From Bryobacterales bacterium (GTDB taxonomy: Bacteria > Acidobacteriota > Terriglobia > Bryobacterales > Bryobacteraceae), in the NCBI GenBank assembly GCA_963767775.1, contig CAVYFI010000004.1:153006-217005 (forward strand): 64,000 bases of DNA, in the 5' to 3' direction. The notes beneath the pieces were generated by a model. The model saw only the letters and a list, made by a program, of their open reading frames with translations, ran no database searches and had not been told where the DNA came from. Of this stretch, positions 22,019-31,665 are shown piece by piece. The first letter of the stretch is position 1, and every line of letters begins with the position of its first letter. A program made the position numbers and the translations under genes.

Positions 22019-22944
22019 TACGCCTTCCGCACTTCCACCACCTTATAAACTTCCTTGGTCTGTTCCAGGCTCGCGAATTCCAGCCCTGCCAATTTCGCCG
22101 ACGCCGTCCCGGCCGCCACCGCCCAGCGCACACAATCGGCGAAGTCTTTCTTTTTGGTCGAAGCCCAGACGTACGCCGCGGCCAGCGCATCTCCAGCGCC
22201 CAGCGGCGACACCGCGTCGGTTCGCGGCGGAATCACTTCCAACAGCTGGTTTTCATTCACTGCCACAACTCCCCGGCCGCCTAGCGACAGTAGCACCGCT
22301 TCCGCGCCCATGGCTTTGATCCGCTGCGCGGCTTCCAGGAACTGCGCCCGAGTGATCAGCGCGCGGTTCAACAATCGCTCGGCTTCCGGCTGATTCGGAC
22401 TTACCACAGTGGGGCACGCCTCAATCCCGTGCAGGAGCGCATCGCCGTCGGTGTCCAGCAGCGTTTTCACTTTGCGCTCGCGCGCCATCCCGATCAGCTT
22501 GGTGTAGAAATCGCTGGACACGCCCGGAGGAATACTGCCGCACAACATCAACCACGACGCCGATTCCAGGCGGTTAGCTACCACCTTCTCCACGCGTGTC
22601 AGCTCTTCCGCCGCGATCAACGGACCTTGTTCGTTCAGTCGTAGTGCGAGCCCTTGCTTGTCCGTGATGGTCAGGTTCACCCGGCTCTCGTTGTGAATCG
22701 GGACCACTTTCACTGGGAACCCGGATTTGGCGGCCAGTTTTTCCAGTCGCTGCCCGCTCGCGCCACCGGAAGTAACGATCGCCAGCGTTTTTGCTCCGAA
22801 CGAATCCAGCACGCGAGAAGCGTTCATTCCGCGACCGCCAGCCGAGTCATTGCGCGCGAGGATGTAAGCCCGATCCTCGAAAACCAGCCGATCGACTTGG
22901 ATATTTCGATCAACGGATGGGTTGATCGTCACGGTGAGTATCAA
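22018..22944 (-). CDS. PfkB-family sugar kinase (1-phosphofructokinase / tagatose-6-P kinase type)
   Basis: MILTVTINPSVDRNIQV, GGRGMNASRVL, and the C-terminal GAGDALAAAY anion-hole motif. Intact 308 aa. Confidence 0.8.
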   Translation of the reverse strand: MILTVTINPSVDRNIQVDRLVFEDRAYILARNDSAGGRGMNASRVLDSFGAKTLAIVTSGGASGQRLEKLAAKSGFPVKVVPIHNESRVNLTITDKQGLALRLNEQGPLIAAEELTRVEKVVANRLESASWLMLCGSIPPGVSSDFYTKLIGMARERKVKTLLDTDGDALLHGIEACPTVVSPNQPEAERLLNRALITRAQFLEAAQRIKAMGAEAVLLSLGGRGVVAVNENQLLEVIPPRTDAVSPLGAGDALAAAYVWASTKKKDFADCVRWAVAAGTASAKLAGLEFASLEQTKEVYKVVEVRKA

Positions 22945-22965
22945 CCCTCAATGTTACCCTGAATT

Positions 22966-23889
22966 TTGCAGCGCCATCCTCATTTTCAGGCCTACCTGGC
23001 GCTGGCCGCGGTCTGCCTTTTCTGGGGCACAACCTATCTCGGGATTCGCATCGCGATCGAGTCCATGGCGCCGGCCGTGCTCATGTGCCTGCGCTACACC
23101 ATTTCGGGAATCATCCTGTTGGCCGTCGCGTATTTTTCCAAAGCTCATCTGCCGTCCGGCCGCGAACTCTGGTACACCGCGCTGTTCGGCGTCATCATCA
23201 TCGGCGGCGGTACCGGATGCCTGGTTTTCGCGGAACAGTGGGTGCCCAGCGGACTCGCCGCGGTGTTCATCACCTTATCGCCTTTCTGGATGATCGGCAT
23301 CGATGCGCTCATCCCCGGCGGCGAGCGTCTGCACGGCCCCACCATATTCGCAATGCTGGTGGGTCTCGCCGGAACGACGCTCCTGGTCGCTCCCGAAATC
23401 ACACGCGAAGGATTCGGGGGCCCGCTGGTGCGCGGATTTGTGCTGCTGCAGTTGGGCTGTTTCGCATGGTGCCTGGGTTCCATTCTCCAGCGGCGTCACC
23501 AGACCACGGTGCATCCCGTGGTCAGCGGAGCGGTGCAGCAATTGGCCACCGGAATTGCCTTCGCGGTTCCTGCGTTGTTCGCCAAGCCTCATCCAACCGC
23601 CTGGACCGGGCGCAGCATCGGCGCGGTCACTTATCTGGTCGTCTTTGGTTCCATTGTCGGCTACAGCGCTTACATCATCGCGCTGGAACGGCTGCCCGTT
23701 TCCGTGGTCAGTATTTACAACTACGTCAACCCGGTGATCGCGGTCTTCCTGGGCTGGCTTTTCTTTCGCGAGCACATGGGACTGCAGGAAGTGATCGCGA
23801 TGCTGGTCATTTTTTTCGGTGTGGCGCTGGTGAAGCGCTACTCCCGGCCACCTTCTCCAAAGCCGGCTCGAGCCTCTGTGGCTTTGTAA
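22966..23889 (+). CDS. EamA/DMT-family transporter
   Basis: About 10 hydrophobic segments. LALAAVCLFWGTTYLGIRIAIE N-terminal EamA pattern. TTG start. Intact 307 aa. Confidence 0.7.
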   Translation: MQRHPHFQAYLALAAVCLFWGTTYLGIRIAIESMAPAVLMCLRYTISGIILLAVAYFSKAHLPSGRELWYTALFGVIIIGGGTGCLVFAEQWVPSGLAAVFITLSPFWMIGIDALIPGGERLHGPTIFAMLVGLAGTTLLVAPEITREGFGGPLVRGFVLLQLGCFAWCLGSILQRRHQTTVHPVVSGAVQQLATGIAFAVPALFAKPHPTAWTGRSIGAVTYLVVFGSIVGYSAYIIALERLPVSVVSIYNYVNPVIAVFLGWLFFREHMGLQEVIAMLVIFFGVALVKRYSRPPSPKPARASVAL

Positions 23890-26360
23890 GCACCGCTTCG
23901 AACAGATCGCCGGTACGCTCAAACCGGTCCAGCACATTGTGGATCGTTGAATTGGCCCGGCTCCAGGCCGGCCTTCACTTCCGTCCAATCCAAGGGTGTT
24001 GAAACCGGAGCGCCCGGGTGCGCGCGCAGAACATAAGGAGCGGCAATTGTCTTGGCGCTCGAAATCTGCAGGTAATCGAAATACACCTTGGCCTTCTTGC
24101 GTTGCGAAACCGTGCGCGGCGTAGTGAATAGCCCCGGATCTTGCTTGATCACTAAAACTGAAAGTAGCTCCGCGAACGATCGCACTTGTTCGAACGTGTA
24201 CACCGGTTCCAGCGGAATGTAGATGTGCATCCCGTCGCCGCCGGTTGTTTTCGGGTAACCTGCGAGCCCGATGGAATCGAGCGTTTTCTTGACCAGCCGG
24301 GCCGCTTCCACGATCTGGTTGAACGGGCAGCCTTCAGTGGGATCGAGATCGATCAGCGCGAAATCCGGATTGTCCAGCGTTCCAATGCGGCTCATCCATG
24401 GATTTTGGTCGATGCTCGCCAGATTCGCCAGGTACACTAGCGTCGCGCGATCGTTGCAGATGATGTAGTGAATCTTGTCTTGATTGTGCTCGGAGAAAAT
24501 CGGCTCCAGCCGTACCCAGTCCGGCACTTTGCCCTCGGCGTCCTTTTGAAAGAAGAATGGCTCGTTGATGCCATTCGGATAACGCTTGAGCGAGAGCGGC
24601 CGGTCGCGCAAATGCGGAAGAATCAGCGGGGCTACCGCGTCGTAGTAATTGATAACGTCGCGCTTGGTGATCCCTTCGCCAGGATAAAAGACCTTGTTGA
24701 GATTAGTCAGCTTCAGGCGATGACCTTCGATTTCGAGCGCGACTTCGGCGGGCGACGTGGCGGGAATCAGCGGGCCGGTAGGCTTGTCTGGAGGTTCCTT
24801 CGGGTCTTTATCCGTCCGAAGCGCGATGAAGACCGGCGCGCGCAACAAACCATCCGGGGTAATTTCGAGATACTTGATTTCGGCGACCAGTTCCGGCTTG
24901 ACCCACGTAACATCGCGCAGCGCTTTGACTTTCCCGGTGAAGGGACTCTTCTTGGTGATGAGCGGCTCGAGTTTCTCGAAAATCTCCTTGAGCGACTTCT
25001 CGTTGAATCCCGTCCCCACTTGCCCGGTATGCACCAGCTTTTCACCGTCGTAACGTCCCAACACCAGCGAGCTGAAGTAGTCGCGCTCGCCGTGTGTGAA
25101 GCCGCCGATGACGAACTCGTCCGTGGTGTTGATCTTGATCTTCAGCCAGTCGCGGCTGCGGCGGCCTTCGTATTTGCTGGCGCGCGCTTTCGCGACAATT
25201 CCTTCCAGGCCATTGGCACGGGCGGCCTCCAGCATAGCGTTACCGTCTACGGTGAAGGTATCGGAAACGTGAATGCGCTCCGACGGCGTCACGATTTCGG
25301 CCAGCAATCGCTTGCGCTCGTCCAACGTCGCTCCGCGCAGATCGTAGCCATCCAGATACAGCAGGTCGAACAAAAACAAGTGAACCGGAGTGGAGCGCGA
25401 AAGATGCGCGATGGCGTTGGCGTCGGCCACGGAAATCCTGGGCTGGATCAGACTGAAACTCGAGCGGCCCTGGTCATCCAGCACCGCGATTTCGCCATCC
25501 AGAATCGCCTGCGACGCCTTCACCTGGCGCGGCAGAACGGTGAGCTCGGGATATTGTTGTTCACAGCGCTTCTGGGTGCGCGAAAAGATCCGCAGTTGAT
25601 TGTCCGCCTGATCAAAATCGATAAAGCACAGCGCGCGCACGCCATCCCACTTCACTTCGTAGAGCCAACTGTCGCCGGACGGCGGGTGCGTAGCGATGGT
25701 CGCGAGCATGGGGGACACTGCTTTGGGCATTGGCGATCGGACGGACCCTTCGACCACGCCCGGGTCAGTTGTTGGTTGTTTGTTCTTGGTTGCTGGCGGA
25801 AGGTCCTCGGCGATCTCCTGCTGCGTTCGGCCCGTGAGCACGCTGCGCGCGTGATCCTCGATGTTCCAGCCCGGCTTGGCATCCGTGTCTTTCTTCTTGA
25901 TCAGCAGCCATTCGTTGCCCTTGCCGCGCCCGCGCATCAGCACCAGCGCGAATTCGCCGCGCAGCTTCTCGCCATGCAAGCGAAATTTGAAATCGCCGCG
26001 CGCGATCTGCGCCAATGCCGGCGCGTCGCCCAGCAGATCGTAGCTGCCCCGGTCCCACAGCATCACGCTGCCGCCGCCGTACTCGCCTTTCGGAATGTTC
26101 CCCTCGAAACTGCCGTAGTCGAGCGGATGATCTTCCACGTGCATGGCCAGATGTTTGGCCAGCGGCTCAAGGCTGGGGCCTTTCGGAACGGCCCACGATT
26201 TCAGCGTCCCATCCACTTCCAGACGAAAGTCGTAATGCAATCGCGTGGCATCGTGGCGCTGTACGCAAAAATAGTTGCCGGCGGCCGTCGATTGGACACG
26301 CGGCTCCGGCTCCGGCGTCTTTTTAAACGACCGCTTTCGGCTGTACTCTTTTAGCGACAT
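23807..26360 (-). CDS. ligD: three-domain DNA ligase D (phosphoesterase - ATP-dependent ligase - polymerase/primase); single frame switch near 23947
   Basis: PE domain YFCVQRHDATRLHYDFRLE...WAVPKGPS. Ligase adenylation motif YEVKWDGVRAL. LigD-Pol-like C-terminal half. The track ORF stops at 23919 (..GQFNDPQCAGPV). Removing one base at 23947-23948 gives the expected ..FTIHNVLDRFERTGDLFEAVL.. tail, ending at TGA 23807-23809. Confidence 0.85.
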
Positions 26361-26763
26361 GCCATTCCGCAGTATACTGATGCTGATGCCCGCGCGCGTG
26401 CTTCGATTCTTGGTCGGCGTGTTGGCGTTTGTTCTCCTGGCCCAGCCAATTCCGGCTCTTGCGTTCGCCTCTTCGAACGCCGGCGACGCAGCCTGCTGCT
26501 GCAAGGACAACAGCGCTAGCTGCTGCCGGAGATCGCATCATTCATCCGGACCAGCATCCGGCCCGGCGTTTTCCTCGCGCGAGTGCTGCGACCAATGCCA
26601 GATTTCAGTTCGCCAGAGCCAGCCCGTTGCGGGAGCCGTAGCTCCGGCGACGACGTGGACCGAGCCGCACACGGTTGCGCCGCCGCTGACGTGGCTGGGA
26701 TGGATTCCTTCCGCGCACCATGACGCAGTTCTGTTTGAGCGTCCACCTCCTTCCACCGTCTAG
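26359..26763 (+). CDS. small secreted Cys-cluster protein, no family recognised
   Basis: Signal peptide MPFRSILMLMPARVLRFLVGVLAFVLLAQPIPALA. The mature part carries CCC, CC and CCxxC clusters (AACCCKDNSASCCRRSHH...RECCDQCQ). Alternative starts at 26380/26386. Confidence 0.5.
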   Translation: MPFRSILMLMPARVLRFLVGVLAFVLLAQPIPALAFASSNAGDAACCCKDNSASCCRRSHHSSGPASGPAFSSRECCDQCQISVRQSQPVAGAVAPATTWTEPHTVAPPLTWLGWIPSAHHDAVLFERPPPSTV

Positions 26764-26803
26764 TTCGCCTGCTTAATTCCTAATTCATTTAAGGAGGTAC
26801 TCC

Positions 26804-29101
26804 ATGCGTTGGAGTTGTGTCTTTATATTGTTTGGCGCTCTGCTCCAAGCGACAATTTTCGGAAGGATCCAGGGAATCGTGCACGATCCGCAGCATCGGC
26901 CCGTGGCCGGTGCATCGGTGAAGCTGCAGGCGACCACCTCGGATTATTCCCAAACCACGCAGGCTAACGATAACGGCGAATTTTCGTTCACCAGCGTGCC
27001 GGTCGGCGACTACAAAATCACCGTCACTCAGCCTAACTTCGAGACTGCGGAGCAAACTGTCACGGTGGATTCCAATTCGGCACCGGTTCTCCATTTCCCA
27101 CTGGCGATCGCGGCCCTGAATCAAACTGCTGTTGTCGTCGGCGAAGCGCAACCGGCTAATATGGATTCGGTAACACCCACTACTCTGGTGGATCGTGAAG
27201 ATATTGCCCTCACTCCGGGCGCCGACCGGACCAACAGTTTGGCGATGATTACCGACTTTACGCCCGCCGCATATGTAACGCACGACATGCTGCATATGCG
27301 CGGCGGCCATCAAGTGGACTGGCTCATTGACGGCGTGCCTGTACCGAACACCAATATCGCCAGCAATCTGGGTCCGCAAATCGACCCCAAGGACATTGAT
27401 TATCTCGAAGTTCAGCGGGGCAGCTACGACGCCGAGTACGGCGACCGTACTTACGGAGTCTTCAATATCGTGCCGCGCACCGGCTTCGAGCGCGACAATG
27501 AGGCGGAACTCGTCACTTCGTTCGGCAATTGGTACCAAACCAACGATCAATTCAATTTCGGAGGGCACACCCGGCGCTTCGCCTATTACGCGAGCATCAA
27601 CGGAAATCGCAGCGACTACGGTCTGCAGCCTCCGATCGGGCAAGTCGTTCACGACGCCGAGAACGGCTATGGGGGATTTGCGTCATTCATATTCAACGCC
27701 AGTCCATCCAACCAATTTCGGCTGATCGCATCCTTGCGCCAGGATTATTACCAGATCCCCGTCGACCCGAATCCCAACTCATCCGGAAATCTGGCTTATC
27801 CCAGTTACGGCCTTCACGATAGTGAACGTGAACCGGATGGTTACGTTACCTTCTCGTGGGTCCACACCTTTAATCCCAACCTGCTGCTGACGGTTTCACC
27901 CTTCTATCATTACAACCAGGCCAGCTATAACAGCTCGCCGAACGACTTCCCGGTGATCACGAATGTGAACCAGACTGCCCATTATGCCGGTTTGCAATCC
28001 AGCTTGAACGCCACCATTCTAAAGAACAACGACATTCAAGTGGGAGTGTACGGATTCGCACAGCACCAGGCCAACTTTTTCAATAACGTTTTCACGGATT
28101 GCGGCTCCAGTTGTCAGAACTTCGGCCCATCGTCAGGCGCTGTAACCGGCCGACTGGCCGAGTTGTTCGTCAGCGACCGGTTCAAGGTGACCTCGTGGTT
28201 GACGTTGATCGCCGGATTTCGTTACTCGCACTTCGACTCTGGTTCAGTCAGCGGAACGCAGCCGGCAGTCGTGGAGAACACGCCCGATCCACGCTTTGGC
28301 GTGGCCGTCAGGGTCCCGCGCCTGAACTGGGTGTTTCGCGGCTTTTACGGCGTGTTCTACCAACCGCCTCCGCTCTTGACCGCTACCGGCCCGCTGATCG
28401 ATTTAGCCAACAGCCAGAGCCTGACTTTCGGCCCCTTGAAGGGCGAGCGCGATCACGAATACCAGTTCGGCGTGGCGATTCCTTTTCGTGGTTGGGTGCT
28501 CGATGCCGACACCTTTCAAACCAGTTCCAGAAATTGGCTGGATCATAGCAATATCGGTGAATCCAACCTTTTCTGGCCGCTCACTTGGGACCGCGCCTTG
28601 ATTCAAGGTTGGGAGCTCACGCTGCGTTCCCCGCGCCTCTGGCACCGCGCTCAGGCCCACCTGGCGTACTCGAATCAGATCGCGCAAGCCTCGGCGCCCT
28701 TCACCGGTGGCTTGATCTGCCCCGCTCCCGTGTCGGCCGATTGCGAGCCACCCCCAGGTCTTTCACCGGTGGACCACGATCAGAGAAACACTTTGAACAT
28801 GGGTGTCAATGCAAGTCTTCCCTGGCAAGTGTTCGCTTCCACCAATGTGTACTACGGCTCGGGATTCACCAACGGCTCGCCGGACGCGCAATATCCGGGG
28901 GACTATCTGCCCCAGCACACCACGTTCGACATTTCAGTCGGAAAGAGTTTCGGCGAGAAAGACAAATACAGGCTCTCGGTGACCGCTCTGAATGTGGCGA
29001 ATCGGCGCGTGCTGCTCGACAACAGCCTGACCTTCGGAGGGTTCCACTATAACGACCCACGAGAACTCTACGTCGAGTTCCGCTGGAGATTTCACTACTG
29101 A
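26804..29101 (+). CDS. TonB-dependent receptor with N-terminal carboxypeptidase-regulatory-like domain
   Basis: Intact 765 aa. AAGGAGG 6 nt before the ATG. GRIQGIVHDPQHRPVAGASVKL...GEFSFTSVPVGDYKITV (CarboxypepD_reg). Plug-like VDREDIALTPGADRTNSLAM...MRGG. C-terminal ..YVEFRWRFHY. Confidence 0.85.
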   Translation: MRWSCVFILFGALLQATIFGRIQGIVHDPQHRPVAGASVKLQATTSDYSQTTQANDNGEFSFTSVPVGDYKITVTQPNFETAEQTVTVDSNSAPVLHFPLAIAALNQTAVVVGEAQPANMDSVTPTTLVDREDIALTPGADRTNSLAMITDFTPAAYVTHDMLHMRGGHQVDWLIDGVPVPNTNIASNLGPQIDPKDIDYLEVQRGSYDAEYGDRTYGVFNIVPRTGFERDNEAELVTSFGNWYQTNDQFNFGGHTRRFAYYASINGNRSDYGLQPPIGQVVHDAENGYGGFASFIFNASPSNQFRLIASLRQDYYQIPVDPNPNSSGNLAYPSYGLHDSEREPDGYVTFSWVHTFNPNLLLTVSPFYHYNQASYNSSPNDFPVITNVNQTAHYAGLQSSLNATILKNNDIQVGVYGFAQHQANFFNNVFTDCGSSCQNFGPSSGAVTGRLAELFVSDRFKVTSWLTLIAGFRYSHFDSGSVSGTQPAVVENTPDPRFGVAVRVPRLNWVFRGFYGVFYQPPPLLTATGPLIDLANSQSLTFGPLKGERDHEYQFGVAIPFRGWVLDADTFQTSSRNWLDHSNIGESNLFWPLTWDRALIQGWELTLRSPRLWHRAQAHLAYSNQIAQASAPFTGGLICPAPVSADCEPPPGLSPVDHDQRNTLNMGVNASLPWQVFASTNVYYGSGFTNGSPDAQYPGDYLPQHTTFDISVGKSFGEKDKYRLSVTALNVANRRVLLDNSLTFGGFHYNDPRELYVEFRWRFHY

Positions 29102-29135
29102 AAAACCATAATGTAAGAGAGAAAAGGAGAACCAC

Positions 29136-29480
29136 ATGCAACGCTTATTAGAAGTGATTCGGGTACCTCGATTGATTACGGTCTTTGCCCTGGCGGTGTT
29201 CGCCGCCTCGCTCTGTCTCGGGCAGGCGCCCGAGAAGAAATCGTACACGTTCCACGGTAAGGTAGAAGCTGTCGACCAATCGGGCAAGAGCCTGAAGGTG
29301 AATGGCGAGAAGGTGGAGGGATGGATGAATGCGATGACCATGGACTACAAGGTCGACGATGCCTCGGTTCTGAAGAAGGTGAAGCCTGGCGACCGGATTA
29401 TGGCGACGGTTTACGACGGCGACATGGTCCTCCACAAGGTAATGGTCATGCCGAACGCCTCTGGAGAGCACAATCACTGA
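29136..29480 (+). CDS. CusF-like periplasmic metal (Cu/Ag)-binding protein
   Basis: Signal peptide, then GKVEAVDQSGKSLKVNGEKVEGWMNAMTMDYKV...VKPGDRIMATV (CusF-type W..M.M context) and the Met/His tail MVMPNASGEHNH. 114 aa. Confidence 0.65.
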   Translation: MQRLLEVIRVPRLITVFALAVFAASLCLGQAPEKKSYTFHGKVEAVDQSGKSLKVNGEKVEGWMNAMTMDYKVDDASVLKKVKPGDRIMATVYDGDMVLHKVMVMPNASGEHNH

Positions 29481-30652
29481 CCACTTGTTAGGTCCGTGCC
29501 TTTGGTCTCCGGCAGCGTGAAGATGAGCGCGGCGCCGATCACAAAGAACGCGGAGTTGAGCGCAAGCCCCGCGCCGAAGCCGTGCCGATCGGCGATGGCT
29601 CCCACGGCGAAAGGTGCCAGAGCGCTGGCGGCGCGGCCGGTGTTATAGACGAACCCTTGCGCGGAGCCGCGAATGGAAGTGGGATACAACTCCGCCAGCA
29701 TGGTTCCGAACAGCGAGAAGAATCCGGTGCCGAAGAATCCCACCAGCGGCCCCAATGCGAGCAGCCATGCTTCCGAGTGCGCGCCGGCCCACACCGGCGT
29801 GAGTCCATAGACGGGAGTGAGGATGGCGGCGACGATCACGTAGACCAGGAAAGCCGGGCGGCGTCCCCACCAATCTGCCAGCCAGCCGAAGCTCGCGTAG
29901 CCCAGGAAGGTTCCGAATTGCATGGTGAAAATCCAGGCGCTGGTTTGGAAGACGTTGAGGCCCGCGCCGCCTTGGGATCGAGGAGCGGAGAGAAATCCGG
30001 GAAGCCAGGTGTTGAGTCCCCAGTAGGCGAACAGCATGGATGTGGCGAGAGCGGTAGTGAGCCACGTGCGCTTGGCCAGCGGGCGGCGAAAAAGATCGAG
30101 CCAGGGACTCGCGGCCTTTTTTGCAGTCCAGAGAGGCGGCTCTTTCACCTTGCGCTGGATCCAGATGGTGAGCAGCGCGGGAAAAAGTCCGGTGAGGAAG
30201 AGCACGCGCCATCCGAAACGCGGCAGGATGTAAGCCGTGGCGGCGGCCGCCAGCATATAGCCGAGGGCCCACCCGGACTGCATCAGCGCGATGGCTTTGG
30301 CGCGATGGCGCGGCGGCCAGCTCTCGGCTACCAGCACCGCGCCGGCGGACCATTCGCCGCCCAGACCAAATCCGACAATGCAGCGCCACACAATAAGCGT
30401 CAGAAGGCCGGTTGAAGCGGCCGATCCGCCTGAGCCGATGGAATAGACCAGTATGGTTAGGATCAGCGTTCGGCGCCGTCCGATGCGGTCGGAGAGAAAG
30501 CCCGCCCCGATGCCGCCGAGAGCGGAAGTGATTAGAGTAGCGGAGCTGACCAGGCCCGCCGTGGCAGCCGACCAGTGGAACTCGGAGCGCAGGGTTTGCA
30601 CCACGAACACGTACAGCAGGACGTCGTAGGAATCGAGCACGAAACCGGCCAT
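29474..30652 (-). CDS. MFS transporter; true N-terminus probably upstream of the annotated ATG
   Basis: GFLSDRIGRRRTL (MFS motif A-like) and about 11 TM segments. The frame stays open to 30772 and reads ITEQRGFALWAA upstream of the ATG, but contains no ATG/GTG/TTG there. Confidence 0.75.
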   Translation of the reverse strand: MAGFVLDSYDVLLYVFVVQTLRSEFHWSAATAGLVSSATLITSALGGIGAGFLSDRIGRRRTLILTILVYSIGSGGSAASTGLLTLIVWRCIVGFGLGGEWSAGAVLVAESWPPRHRAKAIALMQSGWALGYMLAAAATAYILPRFGWRVLFLTGLFPALLTIWIQRKVKEPPLWTAKKAASPWLDLFRRPLAKRTWLTTALATSMLFAYWGLNTWLPGFLSAPRSQGGAGLNVFQTSAWIFTMQFGTFLGYASFGWLADWWGRRPAFLVYVIVAAILTPVYGLTPVWAGAHSEAWLLALGPLVGFFGTGFFSLFGTMLAELYPTSIRGSAQGFVYNTGRAASALAPFAVGAIADRHGFGAGLALNSAFFVIGAALIFTLPETKGTDLTSGQ

Positions 30653-30820
30653 GGCCGCCCAAAGCGCGAAGCCGCGCTGCTCGGTAATCCAGGCTAATGG
30701 GCCGGGACGGGCAGCAGCGGCGGTGGATTGCGCCGCGGATCGAGTAGAGCGAGGCAGGGCAGATTCAAAATATCACGGGAACGGTGTAGGAGACGACGTG
30801 CAGGATTGTAGGCCGAGATT

Positions 30821-31279
30821 TTAGGCGCAGGCTGAAGTGCTGACCCGCGCGCCGGATTCTTCCACGAAAACCTGGAAGCCGAATTGCGCGATGCGGTCGC
30901 CTTTTCCCCATCGGCTCATGTTCCAATGAACGCGCAGTGAGCGGATGTCAGGGCGCTGAGCCAAGTTCAGCAGGGCGGAATAGACCCCGCAATACTGCCG
31001 TTGTCTCAGGGTGACCACAGGATTTGTTCCCCACTCCAACTGGTCTGGCGAACCCCAGACGGAGACGGTGAGGCCGGTGCGTTCAACCACTGCGTTGACG
31101 CTCAGTGTCACCACCAGGAGCTTACCGCGATACTCACCGAGATCCACGGCCGGACCGAAGCCGTCCACTCGGTGGACAGAGTCCGCAAGCAAACATTTGG
31201 GTTCGGCGCCGTACTTAGACCGCTCCCGCTCGGAGAGACTCTCGTGCTCGATCACTTCAGGAACAACTTCAGCGTGCAT
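30821..31279 (-). CDS. hypothetical protein (152 aa), no motif recognised
   Basis: Intact ORF with coding-like composition. Divergent from the cfa-like gene across a 386-nt lower-GC spacer. Confidence 0.4.
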   Translation of the reverse strand: MHAEVVPEVIEHESLSERERSKYGAEPKCLLADSVHRVDGFGPAVDLGEYRGKLLVVTLSVNAVVERTGLTVSVWGSPDQLEWGTNPVVTLRQRQYCGVYSALLNLAQRPDIRSLRVHWNMSRWGKGDRIAQFGFQVFVEESGARVSTSACA

Positions 31280-31665
31280 TCGACCTAGCTCCTGTAACCG
31301 TACTTAACGGCACTTACCCGCAAGATATTTAGCGTCATTACGAGTTTTTCTTGACCTCGATGACCGCGGTTCTTCAGGAGCAGTTCTTGTACCACCTTGC
31401 CGAGCATACGAGTATGATGTTGTCGGAGCCCGCAAGTAGCTCATTCCATTTGTAGTTCAGTACGGAGATTCGCACAAGGAGGCAATTGGCCGGGTAAACT
31501 TTAGCTGGACCCGGGCAGAAAATGGATAGCGTCGACGGAATCTTGCGCAGAAACTATTGGGTTCCCCAGAAACCCTTTAAGAGTAGTAACATCATTTAAT
31601 CAGTACCTAGTCAAAAGGATGGGGTCTGCGAATGCAGTGCCCGATCGTATCGGAGGAACAGGACA

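Noticed and set aside
24468-26354. 628-aa ORF on the + strand
   Set aside because: It lies entirely antisense to the well-supported ligD gene. The translation is Arg/Ala/Gly-rich with no motifs. This is a typical shadow ORF of a GC-rich genome.
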